Positions 1-16,523 of a DNA stretch of 64,000 nt are shown here, piece after piece (within the stretch, counting starts at the first letter, position 1; each line of letters begins with the position of its first letter). The position numbers were made by a program, and so were the translations under genes. The DNA comes from Dictyostelium discoideum (lineage: Eukaryota), in NCBI GenBank assembly GCA_000004695.1, contig CM000151.3:7104001-7168000 (forward strand), read 5' to 3'. Below the pieces are notes generated by a model. That model was given only the letters and a program-made list of their open reading frames with translations. It had not been told where the DNA came from and searched no databases.

Positions 1-1764
1 CATTAATTTTATTTGCTAAATTTATATTCTCTTCAACATTTGCACTATATCCAAAAATTGCTCTCTCTTTAATTTTTGATGATATATCTTTTTCATATCT
101 ACCATCATTAATTAAACTAAATAAAATAAAATTTATTAATAATCATTATAATTTAATTATATTATTATTATTATTAATTATTATATACTTTTTATAATTT
201 AAAATATTTGGTTCTAAAGTTTCACCTTTAGTTGGACCTTCTAAAACATTATTACCAAATGAAAAACAAATACCACCATGTGGTGACCAAGAGATTGGAA
301 TATTTTCATTTAAAGAAACTACATCAATAACGCCAGAATAGGATACAGTTAACATACGACATTCATTTGTTGGATGCCAAGAGAAAGATGAAACTACATC
401 GGATGAATGATGAATTTTAGTTGGTTTTGAAATTGTATTGATTGGATCTTGGCTATTATTATTATTACTTGTTGAACGTTTATTTAAATTATTTGATGTA
501 TTACTACCACTACCACCACCACCAGTACTCAATGTGGTGGATTCCAATTTTGGTGATTTTGAAAATTCAATTGGTGCTTTAATATCCCATAGTTTAATGG
601 ATGATTTATCCTTACCAACACTTGCCAATACACCTGATCTAGTTGGACACCAATCGATTTGTTGAATGGATTTACAATTACTATTTACAATTATAAGTGG
701 ATCATCTAAATTTCTAAGATCCCATACTTTTATATGACTATCTTCACTCATCGTTGCTATCCTATTGAAATCGAATGGATCAACACAAACTCCATTCACT
801 GATTTTTGATGTGCCATTACTGATTGTGAACTATTTACATCTCTAATATCATAAAGTTTTAACCATTTTGATCCTGTACCTACTAATAAACATGATGGAT
901 TATCTTTTTTTTTTTTTTTTTTTAATAATAACAATTATTAGTTAAAATATATTAAATTATTATTATTATTATTATTATTAATTTTTTATATATTATATAT
1001 ATATTTATATTTACTTGGCAACCATGCTAATGCTAATGTTGCTTCAGATTGTGTAAATTCTGAAATTGGTTGATAAATTGTATCTGTATAATCTGTTGAT
1101 GTACTAAAACTATTATCTGAAATTTGTGATCTAAAAAATATAAAAATGTAAATAAAACTATAATAATAACTTTTAAAAAGAATATAAATAAATATATTTA
1201 CATTATATATGGTTGGTCAATATTATTTTGTTGTTGTTGTAGTTTTGAAATATAATTATTATTATTTTTATGAAGATGATTATTTAAAGTTGTTGATTGT
1301 AAATAATTTATATCCCAAATTAAAGTTGAAGAATCACCTCTTACTTTATCTAAACCAACTGCTAATTGATTTGTATAGATTGGATTCCATGAGATTGCAT
1401 TACATGAACGTGTATGTTTTGGTACTAATTCTTTTAAAATTCTATTTACTGATGAAAAACTTGTTAAAATTGCACGACCACTTGTTAAACCACATGCAAT
1501 TAAATTAGTATCTGATTCGTCTGGACACCATGCCATACATTTCATTAATTGAACATCTGAATTAACTGACATTAATGATATTGTTTTCTTTTCTTGTGGT
1601 ACCCAATCTTTAAAATCAATAATAATAATAATAATAATAATAAAGTTAGTTTAATAATGAGAGGAATAAAATGTTAGAATAACTTACCATCAGGTGGATA
1701 TTCTATATCAAAATTATAAGTTTCCATATATTTTGATGTTATAGATTTTGGTGAATATATATCA

Positions 1765-1843
<79 letters not shown>

Positions 1844-2045
1844 GCTGCTGTATTTGTTGTTGTTGTTGTTGTTGATTATTCTGATTATATTGATTACTAT
1901 TATTTATATTATTTTCATTCTTTTTTTCATTTTTATCTTTAAATTTAAAATTATATAATCTTAAATCATTTGAACCAACAATAAATGAACTTTTATTATG
2001 TGGACTCCATTGAATCAATCTTTTTCTTGTCGATGATTGACTCAT
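1..2045 (-). CDS. WD40-repeat protein (possibly Mios/GATOR2-like), multi-exon, 3' end runs off window
   Basis: Three minus-strand ORFs (1674..2045, 1198..1572, 146..934) carry WD motifs (e.g. IKVWDL, LIWDI, LASVGKD) and a polyQ tract. Proposed exons: 1688..2045 (ATG at 2045; donor GTAAGT), 1202..1607, 1015..1130, 189..903 and <1..116. Splice phases are consistent, but the donors GTAAAT and GTATAT are weaker. Confidence 0.55.
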
Positions 2046-2290
2046 TTTATGTCTTTTTATGTGTTTTACCTATCTAAAAAAAAAAAAAATATAGATAATT
2101 TATTTAATATATATACAATCACACACAATTTCACACCCGAAAAAAAAAAATTTTAAAATTAAAAAAAAAAAAATCTTTGTTACAATTTTTGAAAAAAAAA
2201 AAAATTAAAAAAAAAAAAAAATTAAAAAAAAAAAAAAAAAATTAAAAAAATTAAAAATACACAGTTAAATAATTATGTGAATCTTTGACC

Positions 2291-3426
2291 ATGATAACAA
2301 GAAATGATTTTAACATAATATCAAAGAAATTAAGTGACAAAGATGATGTAACTTATTTAAAAACACAGTATCCAGAGTAAGTTTTTTTTATTATTATAAT
2401 ATTATTATTATTATTATGATTTTTTTTTTTTTTTATTATTATTATTATAATATATTAACTTATAATAAAAAGTATCTCATATTCAACCTTAATTGCTATA
2501 TTTTCACAAAAAAGAATGAAAATTTATAGACAAATTTGTTATAAGAAAACACCAAATATTAGGCAGTACTATTTATCATTTATGAATAATGGATCAACAT
2601 TTTTAGAATTATCAAGTCAATTAGGATTATCATCAAGTATCTTTGCTAAACAATTACTATCACATATTATTGAAAATGACCAAGATTATCTATTTACCGA
2701 TAATAGCAATAGTATTAGTGGTAGTGGTAGTAGTGGTGGTGAAATCAATGATTCAAAGAAAACAGAAACTGATCTATATAAATTATTAACAGAAATTAAT
2801 GATACTTCCATAATCATTAAAAAGATTTTTAAGAATCCAAATTTAATTGAAAATTTAAAATTAAGGAAAAATATTTATCAGTCAATTTATAATGATGATA
2901 ATTGTTCACCATTGATTAACCAAATTAGATCGTATGTATAATTATAATAATAATAAAATAATTCTAATTCTAATTTTTTTCTTTTTTTTTTTTTTTTTTT
3001 TTTAATTTTTTTTTTTTAATTTTTTTTTATTTTATTTTATTATTATTATAAAATAATATATATAGATCAACAGGATCAGAATATGAATATTTATTACAAG
3101 AAAAATTATTTAAATTGAATATACCATATTTAACAGAGAGTCAATTAAGGAAGGATGGGTATCCAAAAACACCAGATATTAAATTAGAGATTCCAATCTC
3201 TTTTAAAGGATTTGTAATTAATTGGATTGAAAGTAAAGCTTCATTTTGTGATGATAATAATTTAAAAATAACCAGGGATCAAATAATTGGTTATAGAAAT
3301 AGATATGGACCTGGTTTGGCAATTTATTGGTTTGGTTACATTGACGATTTAAATAATTTGCAAGATGATGGTGTGTATATTACTGATAAATTTCCTGAAA
3401 TGGAAGATATCGAAATTCTATATTAG
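2291..3426 (+). CDS. CDIN1 (CDAN1-interacting nuclease 1 / C15orf41)-like protein, 3 exons, about 287 aa
   Basis: Exons 2291..2376 (MITRNDFNIISKKL...; donor GTAAGT), 2515..2931 (donor GTATGT) and 3066..3426. The C-terminal block LRKDGYPKTPD...WIESKASFCDD...YRNRYGPGLAIYWFGYIDDL matches, from memory, the PD-(D/E)xK nuclease core of human CDIN1 (LRAKGYDKTPDF...WIESKASFGDE...[20 protein letters not shown]). Confidence 0.7.
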
Positions 3427-3803
3427 GGGGGGAAAAAAAAAAAAAAAAAAAAAAAAGGGAAAAAATTGGAATTTCCTATTTCCTGGAATATATTTAAAAA
3501 AAAATAAAAAAAATAAAAAAAAATAAAAAAAAAAAAAAAAATTCATTTTTAAAACTTTTTTTTTTTTGTTTTCAATTCATTCCTTTAAAAATTAAAAATA
3601 AATATGTCATAAAAGAAATGAAGTAAGTCTATCTCTTTTTTTTTTTTTTATTTATTTTACTTTTTTTTTTATTTTACTTTTTTTTTTATTTTATTTTATT
3701 TTATTTTTTTTTCGACAATACTGTTTTCCCACCATTTCAATTTAAAAATTTATTCAAATAATACTAACAATAATCCCCCACTCTTTTTACGCCATAAAAA
3801 GAA

Positions 3804-6920
<3,117 letters not shown>

Positions 6921-7034
6921 GGAACCAATGGTTTTATTTTATTTTTTTATTTTTTGGAAGAAAAAAAAATGGAAAAATAAGAGTATGAAAAAAGAAACAC
7001 CCTTTGCTTTTCTCACCTTTCTAGTAAAAAGAAA

Positions 7035-7071
<37 letters not shown>

Positions 7072-7125
7072 GAAAGATAGGTTTTGCCTATCAGGCAAAG
7101 CTTTTGGTTTCCAGCTTATTTATTG

Positions 7126-7160
<35 letters not shown>

Positions 7161-7695
7161 CCCAGATTTATTAAGAATAAAATCAATAAAAAATATATGT
7201 ACATAAAAAAAAAAAAAAAACTTTAAAAGTAATTATTTAAACATTATTTGTTTTATTTTTTTTATTTATTTTTTATTTTTTCGTTTTATTTTTTTTATTT
7301 ATTTTTTATTTTTTTAGTAATTTTATTTAATATGTTAAATTTGGTTTGATTTAAAAATTCAAATTTCCAATTAGATTTGTTGAACTTCGTAGTGATGGTA
7401 AAATAATTTTTTTTTTTTTTTTTTTTTTTTTTCCAAAAAACTAATAATGAATTATGCCAATAGTGTGAAGAATGAATAAATTTAAATTTAAATCCATCAA
7501 CGTAATATTTACACATTCTTTGTTTTTTCCTTTTTTTTTTTCTTTTTCTTTTTTTCTTTTCTTTTTTTTTTGTTTTTTTTTTTTTTTTTTTAAATTTTAA
7601 TTTTTTAATTTTATTTTTTTTTATTTTTATTTTTTTTTTTTGTTTTCATTTTTTTTTATTTTTTTATTTTTTTATTTTTATTTTTATTTTTATTT

Positions 7696-7741
<46 letters not shown>

Positions 7742-8258
7742 TAATATAAAACGAATTAATAATATTAATTTTTCATAAAATTTTAACATTATTTTTTCAA
7801 TCCATTTTATAAAACAAAAATTAATAGAAGACACCTTATAGTAATTATTAAAATAAATAAAAATAAAAAAACAATTTAGTAGCGCAATAACAGTGTCACA
7901 AACAAATACCAATTAGTTTTTCTTTTCTATTTTTGTTTTTTTTTTTACAAAAAAAAAAAAAAAATAAAAATAAATAAAGAAAATAATAAATAGAAAAAAA
8001 AAAAAAACAAGCAAAAACAAAGAGATTAGAAAAAATCAAATTGAAAAAAAAAAAAAACCAATTAATTTGGACAATGCAATCTTGTATGGGCAATAAATTA
8101 TCAAATATTAGCATAAGTGGAACTTCAACAGTTTGAATTGATAAAGTTTAAATAATTAAAAAATCAAATTCATTCATCCTTTTTCTCATTACCTCATTAT
8201 TTCTCTTAAAAAAAAAAAAAACAAAAAAAAAAAAAAAAAAAAAAAAAAGTTTTATAGT

Positions 8259-8361
8259 AATCAAAATCATAAAAATCATAGTCATAATCATCATATCATA
8301 ATCATAATAATCATAGTCATAAAATCATATTCATAGTCATAATCATAATAATCATAATCAA
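8259..8361. repeat. degenerate (ATCATA/GTCATA)n minisatellite upstream of the NYN gene
   Basis: Visible tandem aatcata / agtcata units flanked by long A-runs. Confidence 0.7.
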
Positions 8362-8403
8362 AATAGAATAATAATATAAAAAAAAAAAAAAAAAAAAAAA
8401 AAC

Positions 8404-8453
<50 letters not shown>

Positions 8454-8462
8454 AAAATTAAT

Positions 8463-8507
<45 letters not shown>

Positions 8508-8532
8508 TTGTTTCACTTTCAAAGCAAACACA

Positions 8533-8917
8533 ATGAACTTAAGTGATAGTGACAATGATACTTTGATAGCATCGTGTTTTGACTTTATTGATGTCGATGA
8601 AAACTATGATAATTCAGAAGATGAAGATGAACAATATAGCAACTCATCTTATAATTCAATGATCCCATTCTTTAAACCAACAACACCAACATCAGTAATT
8701 CCATCATCATCTTCATCTTCTTCTTCATCATCATCATCATCATCTTCTTCTTCAACAACTGCAACAACTGCAACTGCAACCACAACAACCACAACAACCA
8801 CAACAGCAGCAAACAATGTTGATAAAAATAATAAACAATTGAATAATAGTTTAATAAACAATAATAGCAATAACAACAATAACCATAGCAGCAGCAACAA
8901 CATTAGTAAAAATAATA

Positions 8918-8971
<54 letters not shown>

Positions 8972-11300
8972 TTAATAATAATAATATTAATAATAATAAA
9001 AACAATGATTCTGATGATGATTTATTTCAAAATAGTAGCTCAAATTTTGAAAATAAAAAAAACAGAAGAAGAGAGAGAATTAATAATAATAATAATAATA
9101 ATGAAAGTACTTCCACCACATCAACCACAACCAGCACACTTCCAGTTACAGGAGCAGCAACAGCAACAAAATCAGCGGCAACAACAGGAGCGGTTACACC
9201 AGTTATTCAATCATTACAACAGTTTCAAATTAATAATGATGTTAGCCATTCACCATCCTACCACTTTCAAGATCCACTAAAAATTAGTAAACCAAAGAAA
9301 ACCACCACCACTACTACCACCACCACTACAACCTCCTCTAGCTCAGTTAATTCTTCATCCAACCCTTTAATTTTAACAGCCAATGAGAGAAAATCAAAAA
9401 AAGATCAAAAACCTCAACCTCAACAACAGGTTGCCTCTACAAGTTCAGATGCCTCTGCTTTTAAAATTTTAAAAAGAAATGATGATCCAATTGGTAAGTT
9501 AAATAGAATCAAGTATCATAATACTTTAACCATTAATACTAATCGATTATATTATATAGATCCAGACCAATTAAATAAACTTTTCAAACATGGAAACCAA
9601 TCTTCATCACCAACAATCAACCCAATTTTAAAGCAACAACAACAAACAAATACTAAATCAAATAATGATATTTCAAATACAGGTAATATTAACTATAATA
9701 ACAATGGAAGAAGAGAAAGACAATCAAGAAATAAACCACAAAATAGATTGAATTCAGTAAATAGTAATATTAATAACAACAACAACAATAATAATATTAA
9801 TAATAATATTAATAATAACAATAACAATAACAATAACAATAACAATAACAATAACAATAACAATAACAATAATAATAATAATAATAATAATGATGATGAT
9901 GATGATGGATTATCAAATCAAAACAATGGTATTGATAAAAATGAAAAACTAAAGCAATTTGGTAGAGTTTTTGGAGAATCACCAATTCATTATGATTTAG
10001 ATACGGTTACATTTTTACCATCAAATATATTTCAAAAGGGTGAAGTTGTATTGGTACCAAGATCAAGAGGTGGTTTCACTTATGCAAAAATCTATGAAGC
10101 ATCAGATTCAAATATTTGTCATAATGATCCAACAGTTCATCATCATGTTGTTCAATACCGTGCGGTTTATCCATCAAATGGTAAAAGGGATAATCTTTAC
10201 AAGGATTTATCAGCAATTTACTTGGGTAAATTAATACCAATGGAAAGATTACCACCAAATGTCAAAAAGTATACATTAACCCCTCCAAATGAGAGCTTTT
10301 CAATCATTGGTCAAAAAGCATCGGTAAGAGATTTACAGGGTATTTTATTCTCACCATTTTCAAAGTTTCATATGAATCAAATCGTATTGGTACCAAGAAG
10401 TAAAGGTGGTTTCACTTATGGTTGTATCGTTAAGGAGTGTAGAGTAACTTGTAAAGTCAATGATGTTAAACATGATGTACAAGGTCATCGTGTAGTCGTT
10501 GAGAAGAGTAAAGATCATACCGTTATCAAGGATTTAGCAATTGGTAATCTCGGTAAAATATTTACATCTGTTGAAAATAATCAATCATCACTTAATCCAT
10601 TGAATGGTTTAAATTTAAATAGTAATAATAATAATAGCAATAACAATAGCAATAATAATAATAACAATAATAATAATAATAATACAAATTTAGTTACAAC
10701 AAATTTAAATAATAATAATAATTTTAAAATTAGACATTCAATTAGTAATGATAGATCATCACGTGGTGGCAACAATAATTTACGTAGTGGTGGTGGTGGT
10801 AGCAACAATAGGGATCATAAAAAGCAATCAAAGGAAAAGAGAAAGCAAAATCAATATGATCAATTAGCTGCTGCAATGCTACAAGAAATTGTCGAAAGTA
10901 ATCCAAAAAATATTAATAATAATAATGAGGAAGAGGATGAGGAGGATGAAGAGAATGAGGATGATAATATTCAAGTTAATGAAGAGGAAGATGGTGAATC
11001 ATCTGAGGTGGATGGGCCATTATCATCTGAAAATGAAGAAGAACAAGAAGTTGATGGAGATGATGAAGATGATGGAGATGATGAAGAAGATGATAATGAT
11101 GATGAAGAAAATGATGAGGATAGTGAGAAAGAGTATGAGGTTCAGGATAATCAAGAAAATCATTCAAATGAAATTGAACAAGATTCTGATGATAATGATG
11201 ATGAAGATGATGATGAAGAAGAAGAGGAAATCTTATGGACAGGTCAAAAATTAAATACTCCAGCAGTTTCTTCTGTACCAGTAATTACTTCTCAACCATC

Positions 11301-11390
<90 letters not shown>

Positions 11391-11539
11391 GCAACTTCAA
11401 GCTAAACCCCCTGTTACTCAACAAACATATCAACAACAAAATCGTCAAACAATCCCACCTCAACAACAGGTTTCCCAAACTTTAGCTCAACAACCAAAAC
11501 CACAATCACAACCACAACCACAGCCACAAATATTACAGC

Positions 11540-11574
<35 letters not shown>

Positions 11575-12132
11575 CCAAAAGTTAAAGCAGGAATATTTCA
11601 AATGCCAGTTGATGCAGAAGTATTTACAGGTAAAAAAAAGAAATCATCAAAATCAACATTAATTATTATTGATGGACCAAATGTAGCAAAAAGAAATAAA
11701 TCTAAATCATTTTCAGTTTCATCATTAAAGAAATCATTAGATTATTATATTCTCAGAGGTTATGATGTAGTTGCATTCGTTCCAGAATCATTTGCATCTA
11801 GAAAACCACATAATGATCCAAAAAAGACATTTACTATGTTTGATTACAATGATTTGGCAGATGATTTAGTTGGACTTCAAAAATTGACAGATTCAGGTTA
11901 TGTTTGTTTAACACCAGCTCAAGATTATGACGATAGCTATACCATTCATTATGCTAAAAAGAATGGTGCTTGTATCGTCACCAATGATCGTTACAATGAT
12001 CACATTGAAAAGCAACCAAATGAAATTGAAAAAGCCAAAACTAGAAAATTCATTAGAGATCATTGTATTTCCTTTGCTTTTGTTCGTAATGAATTCCTTC
12101 CAAATCCAGATTTCAAATTTCCAACAACATAA
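8533..12132 (+). CDS. large protein with a C-terminal NYN/Zc3h12a-like ribonuclease domain and two about 45-aa repeats (VLVPRSRGGFTY / VLVPRSKGGFTY)
   Basis: 1199-aa ORF. The C-terminus (TLIIIDGPNVA...VVAFVPESF...CIVTNDRYNDHIEK) has the Asp-rich NYN/PIN-like signature of N4BP1/KHNYN/MCPIP family RNases. Poly-S/T/N/Q and acidic tracts lie upstream. Confidence 0.6.
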
Positions 12133-12544
12133 ATTTAGAAAATCAATTGAACTTTGATCATTTTTATCTCCACTTTCTCTCAATCAGTCTATTTTTTTTT
12201 TTTCTTCAACTTGTTTGGAAAATGAATGATTTTTTTTTAAAAGTAAAATTTCCCAACTAGCAAAATTTCCTCTTCTCAAAAAAAAAAAAAAAAAAAAAAA
12301 AAAAACAAAAACAAAACAAAAAAACAAAAAAACAAAAAAAAAAGAAAAAAAAAAAAACCAAAACTATTCTATGGCTTACTTTTTATATACAAAAATAAAT
12401 AAATAAATAATCTTGATATATTTTTAAAAATTTTAATATTTTATTTACATGTTCCTAAGTGTACAGGCATTATTTTACAAATGCGAAATTGTTAACTATT
12501 TTAATTTTTTTTTTTTTTTTTTTTTTGGATAAATATTCATTTGT

Positions 12545-13037
12545 TTAAGAAATGATTAAAGGGATTGAAATTGAAATTGGTTTTCTACTAATTGAGTCTT
12601 TGTATTTAAGCTCCAACTCTGCTTGTGTGCTTGAAAGAGGAGTGGATGTTGGCTCATAGTATATATAGAAAAGTTGGTGTTCTTGAGGACTTAATGGAAT
12701 TGTACCTGGTTTACTAGTTTCACATATATTTTGGTCTCCTCTAAGATATGGAATTTTGAAACTTCCACAATCTCCTTTAATCTGTAATTCTAAATCTACC
12801 AAATCTAATCCATTATTTGTAATTGTAATATTTGCTTTATTATTATTCTATTTTATAGAAAAAAAAAAAAAAAATTAATATTAAAAAAAAAGAAAAAAAA
12901 AAAACAAAAAAAAAAAAAAAAAAAGATAATAATTATTTTTTTTTTTATTTATTTTTTTTTATTTTATTTATTTTTTATTTACATACTTGGCTGAAATTTA
13001 ATTTGGTTGGTTCAGCTTGAATTAAAGAATTTTCCAT
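12545..13037 (-). CDS. small 2-exon protein (about 117 aa), possible MSP/PapD-like beta-sandwich
   Basis: Exon 1 12987..13037 (MENSLIQAEPTKLNFSQ; donor GTATGT) and exon 2 12545..12847 (acceptor tattttatag; continues NNNKANITITNNGLDLVDLELQIKGDCGSFKIPYLRGD...). Phase 0 is consistent. The fold assignment is a guess from its pattern. Confidence 0.45.
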
Positions 13038-13484
13038 TTTGTTTTGATAATTATTAGTAATTGAGGGTGTGGGTGTGTTAAAAAATAAAAAAATAATGAG
13101 GAAAAAGTGTTTATATAAAAATCAATTTAAAAAAAATAAAAATAAAAACAAAAACAAAAATAAAAAAAAAAATAAAAAAAAAAAAATAAAAAATAAAAAA
13201 AAAAAATAAAATTAAAATAAAATTTGTTTTTTATTAATTTTAAAAAAAAAAAAATTATAAAAATGGATTTTGAAATTTACTGTCAATTTATTTTCAAATT
13301 GAGCCATGAATAGAAAAAAAAAAAAAAAAAAAAAAAAATAAAAAAAAAAAAAATAAAAAAAAATTTTAGAAAATTGGTTTTTTTAGTAAACTTGAATATT
13401 TTTTTTTTTTTCTTATGAGTTTTTAAGATAATGTAAAAAAAAAAAAAAAGAAATTATTATTCAAGTTTATTAAAAAATGAATTT

Positions 13485-13519
<35 letters not shown>

Positions 13520-13655
13520 CAAACCCATGGGTTTATAAATTTCGATGATATCTCAAAACAATTTCAATTTTTTATTTATTTTTTTTTATTTTTTATTTTT
13601 TTTTTTTCTTTTTTTTTTCTGTATTTTTTACAAATCTAATTTTTGATCTTTTTCC

Positions 13656-13690
<35 letters not shown>

Positions 13691-13770
13691 CAAAATTATT
13701 TTTTTTTTTTTTTTTTTTTTTTTTATTTTTACAAAAATTTTAAATACACAAAAATTTTAAATAAACAAAA

Positions 13771-14096
13771 ATGTCATTCAGAGGAAGACCAAGTGTAGCT
13801 TCAAGAAGATTTGGTAGAGGTGGCTTCAGCAGACATGGTGTCGCACCAAACCAACAAAAAGATAATGATCAATCATTGGAAAGCATAAATGCTAGTATGG
13901 ATTCAATTAATAATATCAATGATATTAGAGGAATAATTATAAATTCAAAATTAAATATACCACTTTCCAAATTAATTTTAAAATCATCATTCAAAGATGA
14001 ATTTATTGTTTTATTTTTAGTTTTATTAAACACTGTTGGTAAGTTTTTTTTTTTTTATTTTTTATTTTTATTTTTTTTTCATTATTTAAATTAACT

Positions 14097-14135
<39 letters not shown>

Positions 14136-16184
14136 ACAAAAAAAGATTTACATTCAAATGCAAAGATTAATTTTTTAGTATCAACATTTGATCTTAAATT
14201 ATATGATTTATCAAAATCATTATTAGAGACAAATAAATATACATTTATAGAGATTTCAAAATGTTTAAAGATTATGGACTCAAAAAGAATGATTAAAATC
14301 TTAAATAAAAGATTAGAAGAAATTAAAAGTAATCATGAAAGAAAATTAAAAGAGAAAAAGTTAGCAATAGAGAAAAGTTTAGAACAATTGTCAGTGGATG
14401 ATAATGAAATTCAAATGAAGAAAGAAGAGAAAAAACAACAAGAACATAAGAGATATTTAGAGAAAGTTGAGAAAAGAAAGAAAAGAATTGAAGAGTTTAG
14501 TAAAAAAGTTGACCAAACAAAATCAAAAAAACAATATGCTTTAAAAAAAGTTTTAATTAAAATGAAAGAACAAAAGAAAGTAGAGAAAGTCGTAAAGGGT
14601 GATAAGGAGGTGGTTTATAAGAATCGTTATGAAAATGCAGTTAAATCTGTGGAGAATAAAATTAGAGAATTGGTATCCTACCAATACGAATCTGGATTAT
14701 CTGGTAATGTTATAGCCATTTTCAAAAAGTTTTTTAAACAAGTACCACGTTCAACATTGGAATACTTTGCCTATGGCCAACCAAAGGCTACTTGGCGTGA
14801 AATTGCCAGACTGTTACATTTGGGTCCAAAAGATCTTTGTGATGAAATTCCATGGTTCCTTAGTGTTATGTTTGGTGGAAGTGCTCCAGTTGGTACACGT
14901 GTTTATGAATTTGAAAAGGAATTAAAAGATCCATCAAAATTCACTAAAGAAAGAGCCATTGAATTGATTAACCAATTCAAACCAACCTATGCATTCCTTA
15001 GAAAGAATTTACCAGAATCATTATTCGATGGCGAAATGAAAGCAATGGTTGCAGAGTATGAAGAAATCGATGCATTAATTTGGTGGTTAAATGAATTAGG
15101 AAAGGAGGAAAAGGTCATTGAAATTATCATTAAACGTATTACCAGTGGTAAAGAGTCTTTGAAAAATGTTAGCATTGGTACACTATTAGAGAGATCAATG
15201 GGTCTAAGTCAAGATTCGCCATTGTTCAATTGTTTATTCCCAGAGATTTTAAAGAAAATGACTGAACAAAGAGAGAAATTCGTTTTACCACCACCAATTT
15301 CCATTTTTGGTGATAAATCTGGTTCAATGGATGTTGCAATTCGTTTAAGTAATATCATTAGTTTCATTATTTCATCTTTGACACCAGGTGCCGAGTTATC
15401 ATTTTTCGATTGTAAAAATGTTCCATCGCCAATTCCAGTGGATTCTTTAGAGAATCTTTTCAAATTAAAAGACTTGGTCAAAGCATCGGGTGGTACAGAT
15501 CCAGGTGTGTCAATGTATAAACTTTTATCTGAAAAAGTTGTTAAAAACTATATTGTCGTGGTTACCGATGAAGAGGAAAATGGATATAAACATGGTAGAT
15601 TTAGCGAGTTGTTCATTCAATATCGTAAAGAGGTTGCACCAAATTGTAAATTAGTTTTCATTTCATTCATTCCTCAATACTCTGAAGGTCAAATGGTCGG
15701 TGAGTTACGTAGAAAAGGTTTCGATTCTTCAACTTTAATTCAAATTCCTTTCGATGCAACAAATCCTGATGTTTCAAAAATCGATGGTATGCTTTCAAGT
15801 TTATCTTGTGAATCTGAACAATTCAAAGATCAATTGGACCTCCTTGTTACTATTCTTTCAACAGTTGGTTATAAAAATGGTTTTAAATTCATTAATGATA
15901 GAGCACCTCTCTTAATGAGATTCGATTTAAATATTCAATTAGGTATTGAAAATGTTTTATCTATTATTAAAACTAATCCAACTTTAGATAACTATCAATA
16001 TTTAATGGTTAAAAATAATTTAAATCGTTTACTTAAAATCTCTAAAGATAATAATGATTTGGTTTCTCTTGAAACTTTTAATAATATTCATAAAGAATTT
16101 TCAAAATTATCAAAAGATGATGGTATTCAATATCTTTTAAAATCTTTATCAAATTTGCAACCAATTTCTGTTAAAGATAATTAA
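13771..16184 (+). CDS. vWA-domain protein (MIDAS DKSGSM), Ro60/TROVE-like C-terminus, K/E-rich coiled-coil N-terminal region
   Basis: Exon 1 13771..14038 (MSFRGRPSVASRRFGRGG...; donor GTAAGT; phase 1) and exon 2 14146..16184, which continues in frame. The vWA segment ISIFGDKSGSMDVAI...ASGGTDPG...YIVVVTDEEENG resembles the Ro60 vWA/MIDAS region. Confidence 0.55.
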
Positions 16185-16523
16185 AAATTAAAAATAAAAA
16201 ATAAAAAAAATAAACAAATTTGTATTATTAATTTTTCTATACATTTTTTTTTTATTTTTATTTTTATTTTTTTTTTATTAAAAAATTTTTAATTAAATTT
16301 AAAATATATACAAATAATTAAAATGATATAAAATAATTTGTTTTTTTATTTTTTTCCGATTAAAAATTTCATCATTCTCATTTAATTCCCACATTCATGT
16401 GAAAATATTTTTCTTTTTTTTTTTTTATCTTTTTATCATTTTTTTTTTTTTTTTTTTTTTTTTTATATTTTATTTTTAATCAACAAGTAAAAATTACATA
16501 TCAAAGTAATAAAAATAAAAAAA

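Noticed and set aside
1748-1958. Track ORFs encoding poly-V and poly-L (1748..1942, 1764..1958), and similar ones at 4404..5008, 5448..5678, 5919..6285, 8649..9005, 21627..21910, 28575..28781, 29688..29891, 31509..32030, 36774..37049
   Set aside because: These are alternative or antisense frames of CAA/AAT/ATT trinucleotide repeats lying inside real poly-Q/poly-N coding regions. They have no start context or complexity.
7084-7096. Short hairpin TGCCTATCAGGCA downstream of the Q/N-rich gene
   Set aside because: Only a 4-bp stem, which is expected by chance.
12133-12544. Long poly(A) and poly(T) tracts (e.g. 12280..12360, 8360..8510, 13300..13350) considered as retroelement tails
   Set aside because: Homopolymer tracts are ubiquitous in Dictyostelium intergenic DNA. 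Only the tract at 17678..17700 abuts a recognisable RT-type ORF.
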